Positions 26,716 through 39,955 of a stretch of DNA of 64,000 bases are shown one piece after another. Position 1 is the first letter of the stretch. The number at the start of each line of letters is the position of its first letter. The notes beneath the pieces were generated by a model. It did not search any database and had not been told where the DNA came from. It saw only the letters and a program-made list of their open reading frames with translations. The DNA is from Octopus sinensis. Its lineage: Eukaryota. The translations under genes and the position numbers were made by a program. The stretch lies in the NCBI RefSeq assembly GCF_006345805.1, contig NC_043005.1:60078001-60142000 (forward strand), given 5' to 3'.

Positions 26716-26777
26716 GATAACCGAAGAGATGGTGTTGTGGATTTCCACTTCGGCATCTGAAACTCAGAGGTTTATCT
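26716..26777 (+). ncRNA. Atypical hammerhead-like motif in the 3' pLTR (mirror copy at ~24379-24440, minus strand)
   Basis: AGAUA-A-CCGAAGA-GAUG..CAUC-U-GAAA-CUCAGAG-GUU/UAUCU. It sits in the expected pLTR position and shares GAAACUCAGAG with the ribozyme at 36974, but has U4C and two extra nucleotides. Confidence 0.45.
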
Positions 26778-26799
26778 TGACTACCGAGTAATGTAACAT

Positions 26800-26857
<58 letters not shown>

Positions 26858-27011
26858 TACATATGTATATATATATATTTACATATATACACATATATAT
26901 AGTTACATATATGAACGAAAAACCCGGGTAACCCCATACACCGGCCCACCCCTCTATAATATTAACTGCGCTATATCTTAATCTCCGGATTTATGTATTT
27001 GTACAAACGTT

Positions 27012-27078
<67 letters not shown>

Positions 27079-30000
27079 TATCATATTAAATTAATATAAA
27101 TGGGATGCTACAACGCTTCACCAAAAAGTAGAATTATAATTGACACTAAATGTTTCTAGAGTGTGGGGAAACACCTACATTGCTAGAAATAAGAGTTAAA
27201 ATGCTCTTGTTACCGCACATGCATGAACACATATACACAAACTGGGAGCTGATCGTTCGAAAAGCGCCGATCTAGAATTCTTAATACTGACTACAACAGG
27301 ATGTGCACTACTGCAATTTGAGACTTTGAAGAAAAGTTCACTATATATATATGGATGAAGGTTGCTTATGATTGTAATTAAAATTGAAATTATTAATAAA
27401 AAAATAAAATAATGAATAAATCACGAATAAATTTAAGCATATAGGAGTATCATTTAAAAATCGATACTACAAATAACTGTGTATTATGATAAATAAAAAT
27501 TTGGAATTTTTCATAAAAGTATTAAAACTGCAAAAATTGAAGACTTCAGGAGTTAAATAAAATTATAAATACACAACTGGTAAAAAAACGAGGAACTTCA
27601 AATTCAAAGATATTAGAAGATAAGTTAGAAAAAGATTTTTAATCTAAGAATTGAAAATTAAAAAGCTGAAATTAACATGAAAAATTAATTAAAAGATAAA
27701 TGAATTGAAAAAAAAAAGCAAAAACTACAAACAATATTCAGCATCAAAATTTTAAAGTCTGAAGGTAAAAAATGAATTTGAATGAAAATAAATTTTAAAA
27801 TAATTCTCTTTAAACTTAACAATACAAATCTATGTGAAATTAGAACAATATGGTATAAAGTAACGCATAACATAATAAAATGATACAAAAAGTTCAAATT
27901 TATATAAATATATATTCTGTATACTTAAATATGTCATGGTGTGTGGATGGGTAATAACCTAGTTCGAGATAATGCATTAATTACAACAAATCTTTAAAAT
28001 TCTATAATCTTGTTTTAATTACTATTTACAATTGTATAAACGCTAGGCAGCATTCCATCCAGTGCACAAAAGGGTGCGGTTTTGACGGAACATATCTACC
28101 CTGAAGTTTGCGTATATTTTCTTCAAGCGTAGTGTATAGGAATACATTATCCGATCTATCATTCCGAATTTATGAAAATAGAGTAGTATTTCTTAAATAT
28201 TCATCTGCTGATTCTAGCACTTACGTCGTTCCTGAAAAGACAGTTGGTTTGATTGACAGGTTTTGTAAGCCATGAAAGAGCAAACCCATGATAAAAAGAT
28301 AGACATTTCAAGCTCGAATGTCTAATAGTTTTAACAGCATGTACATATCTATTATCTACGCTGGCGGAATGCAATTTGAGAGACATTTGTGTTTTATACT
28401 GTCGACCGCCCAAGAAACGAATCATTCTTTGGCTTATCTGATAATTTTTCAACCACATATAGGTAGAAACATTTTACGCAAGAAGGAGCATACTAAGGAA
28501 GAAATTCAATTCAAAAAGATTGCATAATGTGCAATCTCCAGATCTTGATGCGACTATATGACGTCGTTAATATTATTCAAACGGCTAAAATGTCATTATT
28601 ATGCAACAAAATTCGTTCAGTGTAATGAAAAGAAATCATTATAGTAGATTATGACTAATTGTATTTACCGATTAGCTTTTTTTAACGTTTAATAAATGAG
28701 AAAACAATTCATGTAATTCAGTCTCGTATAAAAAAATAATGATCCTCAATACAAATGATTACAATTAAAATGAATTAATTGAAGTCGCAAAACATACCAG
28801 TTGCCAAAATATAATAACTGATAACAAATATTATTTTTATAAATAGAAATAATTGTAAAAGAAGCTCCTTCAGGCTGAAATAGCATTTCTACGAAATCTG
28901 TGAGATTACCAGTACGTAAAACATATAAAGTTTCTAATGCACATAACAAAAGAGTTATAAAATTAAATAATCATTTTGTAAAGTTGTTTGATAAATAGCT
29001 TAAAGAAATCTAGACCAAAAAAAAATTATAGATAATTGATTAATCCTATTTAATTTTACAAAACGTGTATAGTTATGCAACAAAAATAGGTAACTTTAGC
29101 GCTGTAAAATGTAGGATATGAAATTTTATTATTGTTCTTATCTCTTGTTAACATGTTCCGAGATAACTGACAGATAATAATGAAAACTTTAGGAAACTTC
29201 TAGGTAAGAAAAAGGGAAGACGCCTGTTTAAGGAGTTCGGTTAACGATTCTAACATCGTGAGTTCAATTCTGGGCTGGTCAGGGCAATTTACCTTTAAGC
29301 AAGGTACTTCATCACCTTTTGCTTCTATTTACTCTAATGTGAACATTGGGGTATTAATAAAGTAACAGTCAGTTAATTATGCAATTCCATCTCTCTCGCT
29401 CTTTCTAACTATCATCTTTTCAATGTTCTGCCGAGAGCGTGTTTGTATTTCCCTGAGAGTGTGTAGGCTACTAAATCAATCAGAGAAAGCAAATGGCATT
29501 GGATGCGGGTAAATCGAACATATTGGAAGGAAGAATAAATGCTTCAAGAAAAGATTGTTATACCGCAGATTATTGCTAATAAGCGTAGTAACAAAGATAC
29601 AGCCCACCAAAGAACTAATACACCAAAACAGTGAATTATTTGCACATGGAGTGAATTCCTATAGATTACATTCACCTGTAAGATCCGTGATCAATTACGG
29701 CAACGAAATTCGCGTTATGGTATTTAATGTTGAAGGAAATATAACATAAGTACCTTGACTGCATATTATTGATATCTGAGAAGAAATCATTATCATATAT
29801 TTGAATGACAAATCACCACTGAATGTGTCAACACTCTATGACAGCTGCAAGTATTCCTTTATAATCTTAATTGATATTGTACTTTGGGGTCTTGTTATCA
29901 GGGAAAACACAGAATTCTGGTTCTATCGAACGCTGTTTAACCCAACGGTACCAAACACAGAAGCGTTAATTAAGACTATCATCAACCTCACTACTGGAGA

Positions 30001-30691
30001 AATGAAATGAAAGTAGAATGAAAATAAAATGAGAACTGAAAAGAAAACTGCGAAAGGTATACGTAAATGGTTTAAACGAAAGTCGTCCAAACGCAAAACC
30101 GTGCAAACCGAGTGCAAGTAAACAGAATGTAAACCGGGTGTCGAGTGTAAGCCAATGAACCGGTGCAGTTTCAAGCCTCTATTCCAATAGCGTCGTAGAA
30201 CGCTAGGGGAATATTTGCAAGCATTTCATACTTTATGCAAATACTACGTAAAATATACTTGTATAAACACACATACGTCGCTATTTTGATAATTGCAAAG
30301 TATGTTAGCTAAATATGGCATTTCACTAATTTATTTCTAAATAGATAGAACACTTGCACGAAACAATATGAAATGCCTTTTGTTCATATATATAGAATAA
30401 TTAATCTAAATTTGGCACCAGGCTTATATCTTTATATACAACATATCTAAATCACATCCCGTAGGTTTATCATTCCCTGAACTTGCTTAGTTTATTTGCT
30501 TTCGGAGCGTAATATTTATACCATGTTGTTATTACTTCGTATTTTATTTAACACCGTCCAGTAAAAGTAAGATTCTGATTAATATGATTTGCGCATCAAG
30601 TTCGATTTCCATCTCTAGTAAGTTTTTAGTTTAATAAGGTAGATAATATATGACAGTCATTAGGCACTTTATAAATACGCTTCTATCTTTA

Positions 30692-30906
30692 GACAGCGAG
30701 CTGGCAGAATCATTAGCACGCCGAACAATATGCTTAGTGGCATTTCTTCCATCCTTACACTCTGAGTTCAAATTCCGCCGAAGTTCACTCTGCCTTTCAC
30801 CCTTTTGATGTCGACGAAGAAACTAGCAGTTGATTTCTGAGGTCGATGTAATTGACTAGCCCATTTCGGCAAAACACCAGAACGAATGCCTAAAGTAGAA
30901 AGGATA
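30692..30906 (+). mobile_element. tRNA-derived SINE, second family
   Basis: GCGAGCTGGCAGAATCATTAGCACGCCG head, GAGTTCAAATTCCGCCG B box, GCCTTTCACCCTTTTGATGTCGA domain. Confidence 0.85.
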
Positions 30907-31889
30907 CTAAGTATAGAATACCGAATTAAATACAACAACAGTATTTTGATTTGTCCTCCGATATACTGAAAATAAATAATATTGAAAAGGATCCCAGAAA
31001 CAAAGCAACATGACAGGAACAAATAACTGTTGTTATTGATGTTGTTTCTAGTCCTGTAACAGCATCGAATAGATTTACGATCAAAGGCCTTCCTGCCATG
31101 ACTCTATCGGCGCTTTGCATATCAGAGACCACATTATTATGCAATATATCCTGCATTTAAAAGGGCAGGATGTGAGTTCAGGAAAACTTGGTTGTGCTTT
31201 TTTTGTTTTTTTTATTTCAGGACATGTTCCATCAGAACTTTCCGTTTTATGATAAATTTGCAATAACTTTCAATAGATGTTGATGTCAGCTTTGTTAAGA
31301 CTCAAATCCATTGTGATCGTGCAACTGAACAATCAAATATGTTCGTTTATTTTCAGCCTGTATATGCAGGTATATGTCAGTCATCATTTATATTGTAAAA
31401 GAGATCTGTCATTAGAAAACGATTTTGCTATTTACTTCAGAAGGAGAAGCGATCACATAGATGCCTCTTTGGGTACATATGCGCTTCTATTCACATAGGA
31501 ACCTCTACTATTTCAAATTTCAATCTATCCTAGAAATGAAATGCTGAGAATATTGGGAATGAAAATATAAGTAAAAATTAATTGGCACTAGTTCATTGAC
31601 ATCATATAGATTCAGCAAATACCGAAACATATGAAGAAGAGGAAACTAATCTTCAAACAATACCTCAAAATGTTATCTGTGAAGTTTAATGTCAAGCAAT
31701 AGGAGAAATCATGTATATAGCAGGTACAAAAGAAAATGTATCATGTTTCATTATTAGTAGAGTGTGATGTCTAAATTAAATACGTAATCATTAAATTACA
31801 CATGTTGCATATAAGAGATGGACTAAACAAGGTAAACTGCATGATGGTATATATATAGTCTTTATGTTCGCACGTATCTAATTATGAAA

Positions 31890-31934
<45 letters not shown>

Positions 31935-31938
31935 AATA

Positions 31939-32030
<92 letters not shown>

Positions 32031-32152
32031 ATATATATATATATATATATAGACCGGAGTAAACACATAAATGTGAAACAAGGTGGAAAAAAGAGTACTC
32101 AAATACCAGTGGTAGAGTAATATGCTTTATTTTAAGCAGCAGAAAATTCAAC

Positions 32153-32200
32153 AAAATCTGTTACTCTGAGTTTCTCGTTGCCGTTCATCAGACAGTTTTT
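32153..32200 (-). ncRNA. Type I hammerhead ribozyme, sense to the PLE ORF
   Basis: AAAAACUGU-CUGAUGA-ACG(GCAA)CGA-GAAA-CUCAGAG-UA/ACAGAUUUU; identical to the copy at 36974-37021. Confidence 0.8.
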
Positions 32201-33215
32201 GCTAGAATGGAACATATATATTAATTCAATCTATACTCTTACAAACGCTACACCTTTAAAAAGAAATGGACTTGTTTGATTGGCCCTTTAGAAAAAACGG
32301 TCAATCTTCGAGCGATAAACAAAAAGGTCAAAAATATATGTATATATATATAAAAAAAACTTATAAAAATTATAAAAATTATAAAATCCGAGGAAAAAAC
32401 CGAGGAAAAAACCTATTGCCGTTAATGAAGACAGTACAAATTAATGCATAGAAATTAAACCTGTTATAAATACTGCAATACATATTTATATTAAAATCCA
32501 CATATATATATCAACATACACAAAAGGATGCGCGTAAACGCCATACATACATATACAGACGTATGAATATGAATCTAAATTATACACATAAAAGCATGTG
32601 TACATATATTCACGCAAACCGTCTCGCACGCAAGCTAAAATTCATCTATGTAGCAATTCTCATATACTGAGCAAGGAGGGGGAACGAAAGAAAGGGAAAG
32701 AGAGAAAAAGGAACGAAAGAGGGGTGGGGGGGAAACTTGTAGCGATGTTATTGGCATCTATAGAGGCCAGTATACATACACAAGTTTGAATTGATACATA
32801 TACATACCGTCGTGTGTATGCGTGCTTAAGCACAAGCATACTTTCACTTACACATACACAGATACGCATGCTTACAAATACATATGCTTTGCTATACACA
32901 AACTTATATAAACATTCTAAATTTGACAACATTGCTTTTTTTAAAAAAACATTGCTTTTAAAAAAAATGGGTGCATTAATAAAAATATATACGAAAGACA
33001 TATACAATAAAATATAACATCCTATTTTGGGTCATTTATAAATAATCAAGGTAATATAAATAATCAAGGTAATCCTATGCAATACAATAACATGAAAACA
33101 AAGTTTGTAGGTTTTTCCTAATATATATGTAGAAACAATAAGACTTTGCTATAGATCCGTCGTAGCGCTTAAGAGTCAAAATCAAAATCAAAAATCAAAA
33201 TACAAAATATATACT

Positions 33216-35350
33216 CTATCCATATGGTATATTTATATTCGACATTTTAAATTTAGCCGCGTGCCTACATAAGTTCATTAACTCACTTCTTTGATTCAAA
33301 GAATTATTGTCTTTGAATAATATGTGCATTTTTTCTAATAAGCAAAGCTTGCACTTGAAATTATATTTGTAAGCTCCATGCCTGTATGGTGCCGCCCTGT
33401 CCAGAATGCTCCATGTCACGTTGAAAGGTGGGGCTTCCTTTTCTTTTAGTTCCCAGACATATTTTGCTAGGCTGGTTTTCTTCCTATTCTCTGGGTATTT
33501 AAAAGAATTCTTATGAGAATAAAATCTTGTTTTAAATGAATTTTCTGAAGCCCCTGTGTATGTCTTGTATTCCGATGAGCCTTCCACTTGCACCTTGGCT
33601 CTATAAACTACTCCTTTCACTAGACATTTCCCTTCTAACGGACAGGAGCTTTCGTTTTTGCAATTACATTTCTTAATGGGCTCGGCACCATGTCTAATCT
33701 CAATTAGCTTCCTATTATGTTGGCTAATGTAAGAGGCGAAATTTCTGCAACAAGAATAGCTAACCTTCAGGGTTCTTCTATTAAATATTCTGTAGAATTT
33801 ATGACCCTGCTTAAAATGCTTAGAGACTAATCTCAAAAATTCCTTACCTATATTAGTCTTTACGGCCAAATTGAAAGCCGGGTTGAACCACAAAACTTTC
33901 CTGGTCCTAGTTCTTCGTGCAGCATTATTATTAGCATTAAGCTGGTTGAACTGGATCTTCTCCGAGAATCCACTATTCTTTAATGCGCTATCGTAATAAG
34001 GTGCAGCATTATGGAATGCTGCCTCGTCCGAAGAAATTGAAGATATTCTTCTACCTACATTGCTGACTAAGTTGCTAAGGATAACTGGTGGATGGTTCGA
34101 ATCTTTGCTAATATACGATAGCTTTTCATTGGGCTTACGGAAAGGTTTAAATCTATCCGATCTTACATTAAAATTTACGTCTAAAAAATCTACACTATTC
34201 AGGTTAGTATCTATCGTAATCCGTAAGCCCATCCTTTGAAAGAAAGCTATAAGGTCCTTCCTAAGTCTATCTGATTCATGGCCGTTTAGATTATGCGTGG
34301 CTATAAGGCCGTCATCCCTATATAGACCTGCATCTATAAATGGGAATTCTATTTTTAGATTATGGAGAATAAAGGCTCCTATGAGCATACATAATTCAGC
34401 CCCGTCGTATGCCCCCATCGGTACATCGAAAAGAGAATCCTCAGTCTTCTTAATCCAGGTGGAATCCTCGAAAAACAGAAGCGATTTCCTCGCATGCATA
34501 ATAATTTCAATTTCCGAGCTATCGATGTTGACATACTGCTTGGCGAAGTCCAATGCCCTTAGGAGCAACGTCCTAGATATCGACGGGTAAAAGTCAATAA
34601 TGTCGAATTGTGTGAAACTACAATTATTCTTATAGCTAATACCTTTAAACCACTCTATAACTGACTTACTATTCTTCCAAATTCTCAAGTCTACTTCACT
34701 ATCTAACTTAACTAAAATACGGTCCAAATATTTTTGCTAATAATTCCTATCTCAGTTTTAGCCGGATTTATCAACCTACATTTGGGGTTTCTACTAAAAT
34801 TGTCTTTATGGTCTTTCAGAGTAATAAAAGCTGGTCGTGGTGAAAGGTATTCAATCCTATCGCTAATCTTAAGATCGTTAGCTATTCCTCTTGCTTCTAA
34901 GTTCACCTCTTTGTATATATTCGTGTTGTCTTTTTTGTATGTGTCCGTGACACTATTCGAAATCAGGCGTTTATAAACGTCCTTATCAAGTGCATATAAG
35001 TTCCTTGTCTTGTCAGAATTAACGAAGATCTTATTCGAGTCGTTAATCTCCTTAATTTTTTCTCTCATGTTTTTTTGCAATTGGTTGGTAAATTTGCGGA
35101 ATTTAATTTTCCTAATAATCTCGAAAAGGGCTTTCTCGAAGGCTTCTAATTCCGGAATCGGTGGCGGGTTTCTGGGAGATTTAAATCCATATTTGTTACC
35201 TTCTATTTTCTGTTTATTATCAAAGAAGAAGGCTTTCCATCTCAGTCTTCTAATAAACTCTTCCGTCTTCTCTATAAGACCTTTGATATATTGTTTCTGT
35301 GCAGGGATAGGTATATTTTTCTGAGAAAAATCCAGCGGGTAAAGTTCCAT
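33216..35350 (-). CDS. PLE RT + GIY-YIG endonuclease, ~711 aa if one -1 frameshift near 34725 is repaired
   Basis: ORFs 34712-35350 and 33216-34727 join by adding one T (AAT ATT [T]TG GAC CGT, matching KEILDKI of the 24.7-kb element). Motifs QFDIIDFYPSI, PMGAYDGAELC, YRDD, DFLDVNF, CNCKNESSC, VVYRA..YTG..RF..H, CKLC..EK..LNQRSE..CRH. Confidence 0.92.
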
Positions 35351-35506
35351 TTTTTTCAGCTGTTTGTTCTTCCTACTTGTGCAGAGTCGCTCAAACTTTT
35401 ACAAGGAGCGGGTTAGACCGGAGTAAACACATAAATGTGAAACAAGGTGGAAAAAAGAGTACTCAAATACCAGTGGTAGAGTAATATGCTTTATTTTAAG
35501 CAGCAG

Positions 35507-35963
35507 GAAATGTAATTTCAAAAACGAAAGCTCCTGTCCGTTAGAAGGGAAATGTCTAGTGAAAGGAGTAGTTTATAGAGCCAAGGTGCAAGTGGAAGGC
35601 TCATCGGAATACAAGACATACACAGGGGCTTCAGAAAATTCATTTAAAACAAGATTTTATTCTCATAAGAATTCTTTTAAATACCCAGAGAATAGGAAGA
35701 AAACCAGCCTAGCAAAATATGTCTGGGAACTAAAAGAAAAGGAAGCCCCACCTTTCAACGTGACATGGAGCATTCTGGACAGGGCGGCACCATACAGGCA
35801 TGGAGCTTACAAATATAATTTCAAGTGCAAGCTTTGCTTATTAGAAAAAATGCACATATTATTCAAAGACAATAATTCTTTGAATCAAAGAAGTGAGTTA
35901 ATGAACTTATGTAGGCACGCGGCTAAATTTAAAATGTCGAATATAAATATACCATATGGATAG
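35507..35963 (+). pseudogene. Inverted duplicate of the GIY-YIG domain within the 5' inverted arm
   Basis: ORF 35559-35963 is identical to the C-terminus of the 33216-34727 protein. Confidence 0.9.
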
Positions 35964-36973
35964 AGTATATATTTTGTATTTTGATTTTTGATTTTGATTT
36001 TGACTCTTAAGCGCTACGACGGATCTATAGCAAAGTCTTATTGTTTCTACATATATATTAGGAAAAACCTACAAACTTTGTTTTCATGTTATTGTATTGC
36101 ATAGGATTACCTTGATTATTTATATTACCTTGATTATTTATAAATGACCCAAAATAGGATGTTATATTTTATTTTATATGTCTTTCGTATATATTTTTAT
36201 TAATGCACCCATTTTTTTAAAAGCAATGTTTTTTTAAAAAAAGCAATGTTGTCAAATTTAGAATGTTTATATAAGTTTGTGTATAGCAAAGCATATGTAT
36301 TTGTAAGCATGCGTATCTGTGTATGTGTAAGTGAAAGTATGCTTGTGCTTAAGCACGCATACACACGACGGTATGTATATGTATCAATTCAAACTTGTGT
36401 ATGTATACTGGCCTCTATAGATGCCAATAACATCGCTACAAGTTCCCCCCCCACCCCTCTTTCGTTCCTTTTTCTCTCTTTCCCTTTCTTTCGTTCCCCC
36501 TCCTTGCTCAGTATATGAGAATTGCTACATAGATGAATTTTAGCTTGCGTGCGAGACGGTTTGCGTGAATATATGTACACATGCTTTTATGTGTATAATT
36601 TAGATTCATATTCATACGTCTGTATATGTATGTATGGCGTTTACGCGCATCCTTTTGTGTATGTTGATATATATATGTGGATTTTAATATAAATATGTAT
36701 TGCAGTATTTATAACAGGTTTAATTTCTATGCATTAATTTGTACTGTCTTCATTAACGGCAATAGGTTTTTTCCTCGGTTTTTTCCTCGGATTTTATAAT
36801 TTTTATAATTTTATAAGTTTTTTTATATATATATACATATATTTTTGACCTTTTTGTTTTCGCTCGAAGATTGACCGTTTTTTCTAAGGGCCAATCAAAC
36901 AAGTCCATTTCTTTTTAAAGGTGTAGCGTTTGTAAGAGTATAGATTGAATTAATATATATGTTCCATTCTAGC

Positions 36974-37021
36974 AAAAACTGTCTGATGAACGGCAACGAG
37001 AAACTCAGAGTAACAGATTTT
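36974..37021 (+). ncRNA. Type I hammerhead ribozyme (inverted arm copy)
   Basis: CUGAUGA at 36983-36989, stem II CG-GCAA-CG with an A.A closing mismatch, GAAA at 37000-37003, palindromic stem III ACUC-A-GAGU, cleavage predicted after A37012, stem I CUGU/ACAG. Confidence 0.8.
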
Positions 37022-37048
37022 GTTGAATTTTCTGCTGCTTAAAATAAA

Positions 37049-37124
<76 letters not shown>

Positions 37125-38117
37125 CTTATATACAGGTGTGCGTGTGTTTGTTTGTACGCCTGTGTGTGTTCGCGCATGTTTATGTATGTGAGTGTTTATG
37201 TATACATGTGTGTATTCAACCTATCTCTGAATGAATGTTTTCAACTATGTAGTGCAAACCTTAGCAAGAAAAAGAGCGTAATATCTAATGATTGAGCTTC
37301 TCTTAATAGGAGCCAGTCTACACTGAGGTAGCACACTAGCCCATCTTGTCATTACATATCAAAGTACATTTAGAGACGATTAGGTAACACACGGACCTTA
37401 TGCAACAGTTAAATTAACTGACGTCTCTTTTTTATAGAAGTGCATGTCATTATTCAGCATCCTATATAGATCTATAATAAAAAGAAAGAAGTTTGACTTC
37501 ATTACATTATTTTCAGAGATTTTCAAAGCGGTATCACTCTCATAACTGACACGTTGCACAGCAACAAATTTCATCAGATTTCACTTTCAAGATCTCATAG
37601 TAGATGACGACGAATATTTTCGCCTCCTAATCTATTAGTAGATATTATATTTCTTTGCCTTCTTTCCGGATTGGGTATACATTCAAAATTCAAACGAAAC
37701 ACCAATTGAATGAATCCGCAGTCCGGGTATAGAATCTCTGTTTTTCAGAAACATAAATACTTATAGTGGTGAATAAACCAATACGTAAAAATACCAAACT
37801 ATTCATAAGAATGCTGCTTTACCGTCTAGGTCACACTTTTCGAATTTACAGCATTGATTTTTCCACTGTATATTAAATTTCAACATTTCTCAAATATTTT
37901 ATATGGTGGAATGTATCTGCAATGATACGTGTACAGAAGACTCTAGCACAACGCATGACAGAAGTGAAATAAATACATAATAATAGCTTAGAAAATGAAA
38001 AGGAAATTAATGAAATAAAACGTGAATTGAAATTTATTTTCCTTTATCCTTCTCTTATGTTAGCCTTTTGATGTTATAGAAATATAACTTTTAAAACATT
38101 TAAAACACACACTCACA

Positions 38118-38161
<44 letters not shown>

Positions 38162-38172
38162 CATATATATAG

Positions 38173-38224
<52 letters not shown>

Positions 38225-38379
38225 TATGTATGTATTTATGTATGTATGTATGTATGTATGTATATAGCATCAAGTATATTCTACAACTAGAGAAATATTC
38301 ACGTTGTGACTCATATAGACGATAATGTATAGTATGCTAATACATATGATATCTTCTGTTTGACTGAAATGATACACAC

Positions 38380-38441
<62 letters not shown>

Positions 38442-39819
38442 TACTGGACAAAAATTATTACATTATTTACTTTCATCTCAATATTTTCATTTTTATAAAT
38501 ACTGACGTCGAATCCATCATTCTGCAATAAGATGGTTTATAATATTAGTACTAATTACATACTAACGTATGTTATAAGGTCTGGTTTCGTCAAATAGATT
38601 GAATGGAATCTGAAATCCTTTGATGTAAGCCTATACATCTTGCTTAAAATCACGAAGAATATTAACGTGTTAAAAATAGTGTATAGAGAATTATCTACAA
38701 ATCGAAACATCTTTTCTTTGGAAGGACTATGTAGGATATATGCGTGTCATCTTCAAAAAAATGCATTAGTAAGACAAAACTAATCTTGACACTTCAGACG
38801 TCCTTCGTATCTGTTTTAATGTATTTTTTGCATGAATTTATTTTACATCAGGACTTTATGATATATTTTGAAGTCCACGCACACAATACAAACAAACACA
38901 CACACAGGGACACACACACACAGGCACACATACACACAGGCACACACATACAGGCACACACACACACATACGCGCACACATACGCGCACACAGAAACACG
39001 CAACTGACAACTTGATATATTTAGTCACACACTGTCTTTAGTGTAAAATGGAATGCGGTAGGTTTTATTTATATTTTTGTATCATTTTGATGTGAAACTT
39101 TTATCACACTTCTCAAACATACGTAACAATAGAAAATAGGTTTTAACTTAACTTTAATTCACAGGGGAAAAATCATATTTCGTTTCTTTCCCATTAAAAT
39201 ACTGTCTCACCTGCTTGACACATTCAAGAAAAAAGTTATTTGCTGAACCCACAATACAATCAACTCCGATAATTATAGTCTAGATTGGATGAAGAAGTGT
39301 TTCTACAGAGACACATGACCAAGGTTACATATGGGGTCGAAATTCGTAAGGATGCATTCCAGGCAATATGTTTTAGGAGGATAACTTTAAGTTTAATGCA
39401 AACCTATTTCTTCGTGTACCAATCTAAAATGCACGCGCACACACATACACACACGTGCCCACATGCATATATATATATATATATATACGCATACATACAG
39501 CATTGGATATAAAGTGAAATTTTGTGAACTTCGTCATCACCACATACCCAATTGCTATCATATATACATATATGGAAATAAAAGTCATGGTAGAAAATGC
39601 TAAAATAATTTTATAAAAAATCATAATTTCAGTACTGGTTTCGGACATTTTCAACTGTAAGTATGGACAAATTTTAATTTTTGGAAAAAATAAAAGAAAG
39701 GATTTTGTAAAAGAATATTTGCATAGTATTCAAATACAAGTGGCATTTTCGTTGTTTCTGCCTATCTCTGTTTCTCTTGTTTACTCTTGTGGGTTCGAGG
39801 TCATTGTGAATTCTTGACA

Positions 39820-39955
39820 GAGGAGGAGGAGGAGAAGGAGGAGAAGAAGAAGAAGAAGAAGAAGGTGGAGGTAGGAGGAAGAGGAGGAGGAGGAGGAGAA
39901 GAAGAAGAAGAAGAAGAAGAAGAAGAAGAAGAAGAAGAAGAAGAAGAAGAAGAAT
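39820..39955. repeat. (GAG)n/(GAA)n microsatellite
   Basis: Directly visible. Confidence 0.95.

Larger units (their letters stand above)
24282..26806 (+). mobile_element. Penelope-like element (Hydra-type, C-terminal GIY-YIG), 5'-truncated with inverted pLTR, inserted in (TA)n
   Basis: 24350-24675 is the reverse complement of 26482-26806. Both ends abut (TA)n. One long RT-EN frame is present. Confidence 0.93.
32051..37049 (-). mobile_element. Near-intact Penelope-like element (Hydra-type) with a ~1.5-kb inverted arm, inserted in (TA)n
   Basis: 35507-37049 is a near-identical inverted copy of ~32125-33670. 35413-35506 directly repeats 32050-32142. Both ends abut (TA)n. Hammerheads occur in both arms. 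Confidence 0.95.

Noticed and set aside
24807-35324. Antisense ORFs overlapping PLE coding regions (e.g. 24807-25076, 25158-25427, 34297-34590, 35010-35324)
   Set aside because: Shadow frames of the RT ORFs with no independent motifs.
37468-37830. Helitron-like 5' TCTATAATAAAAAG start
   Set aside because: No convincing 3' hairpin plus CTRR end found.
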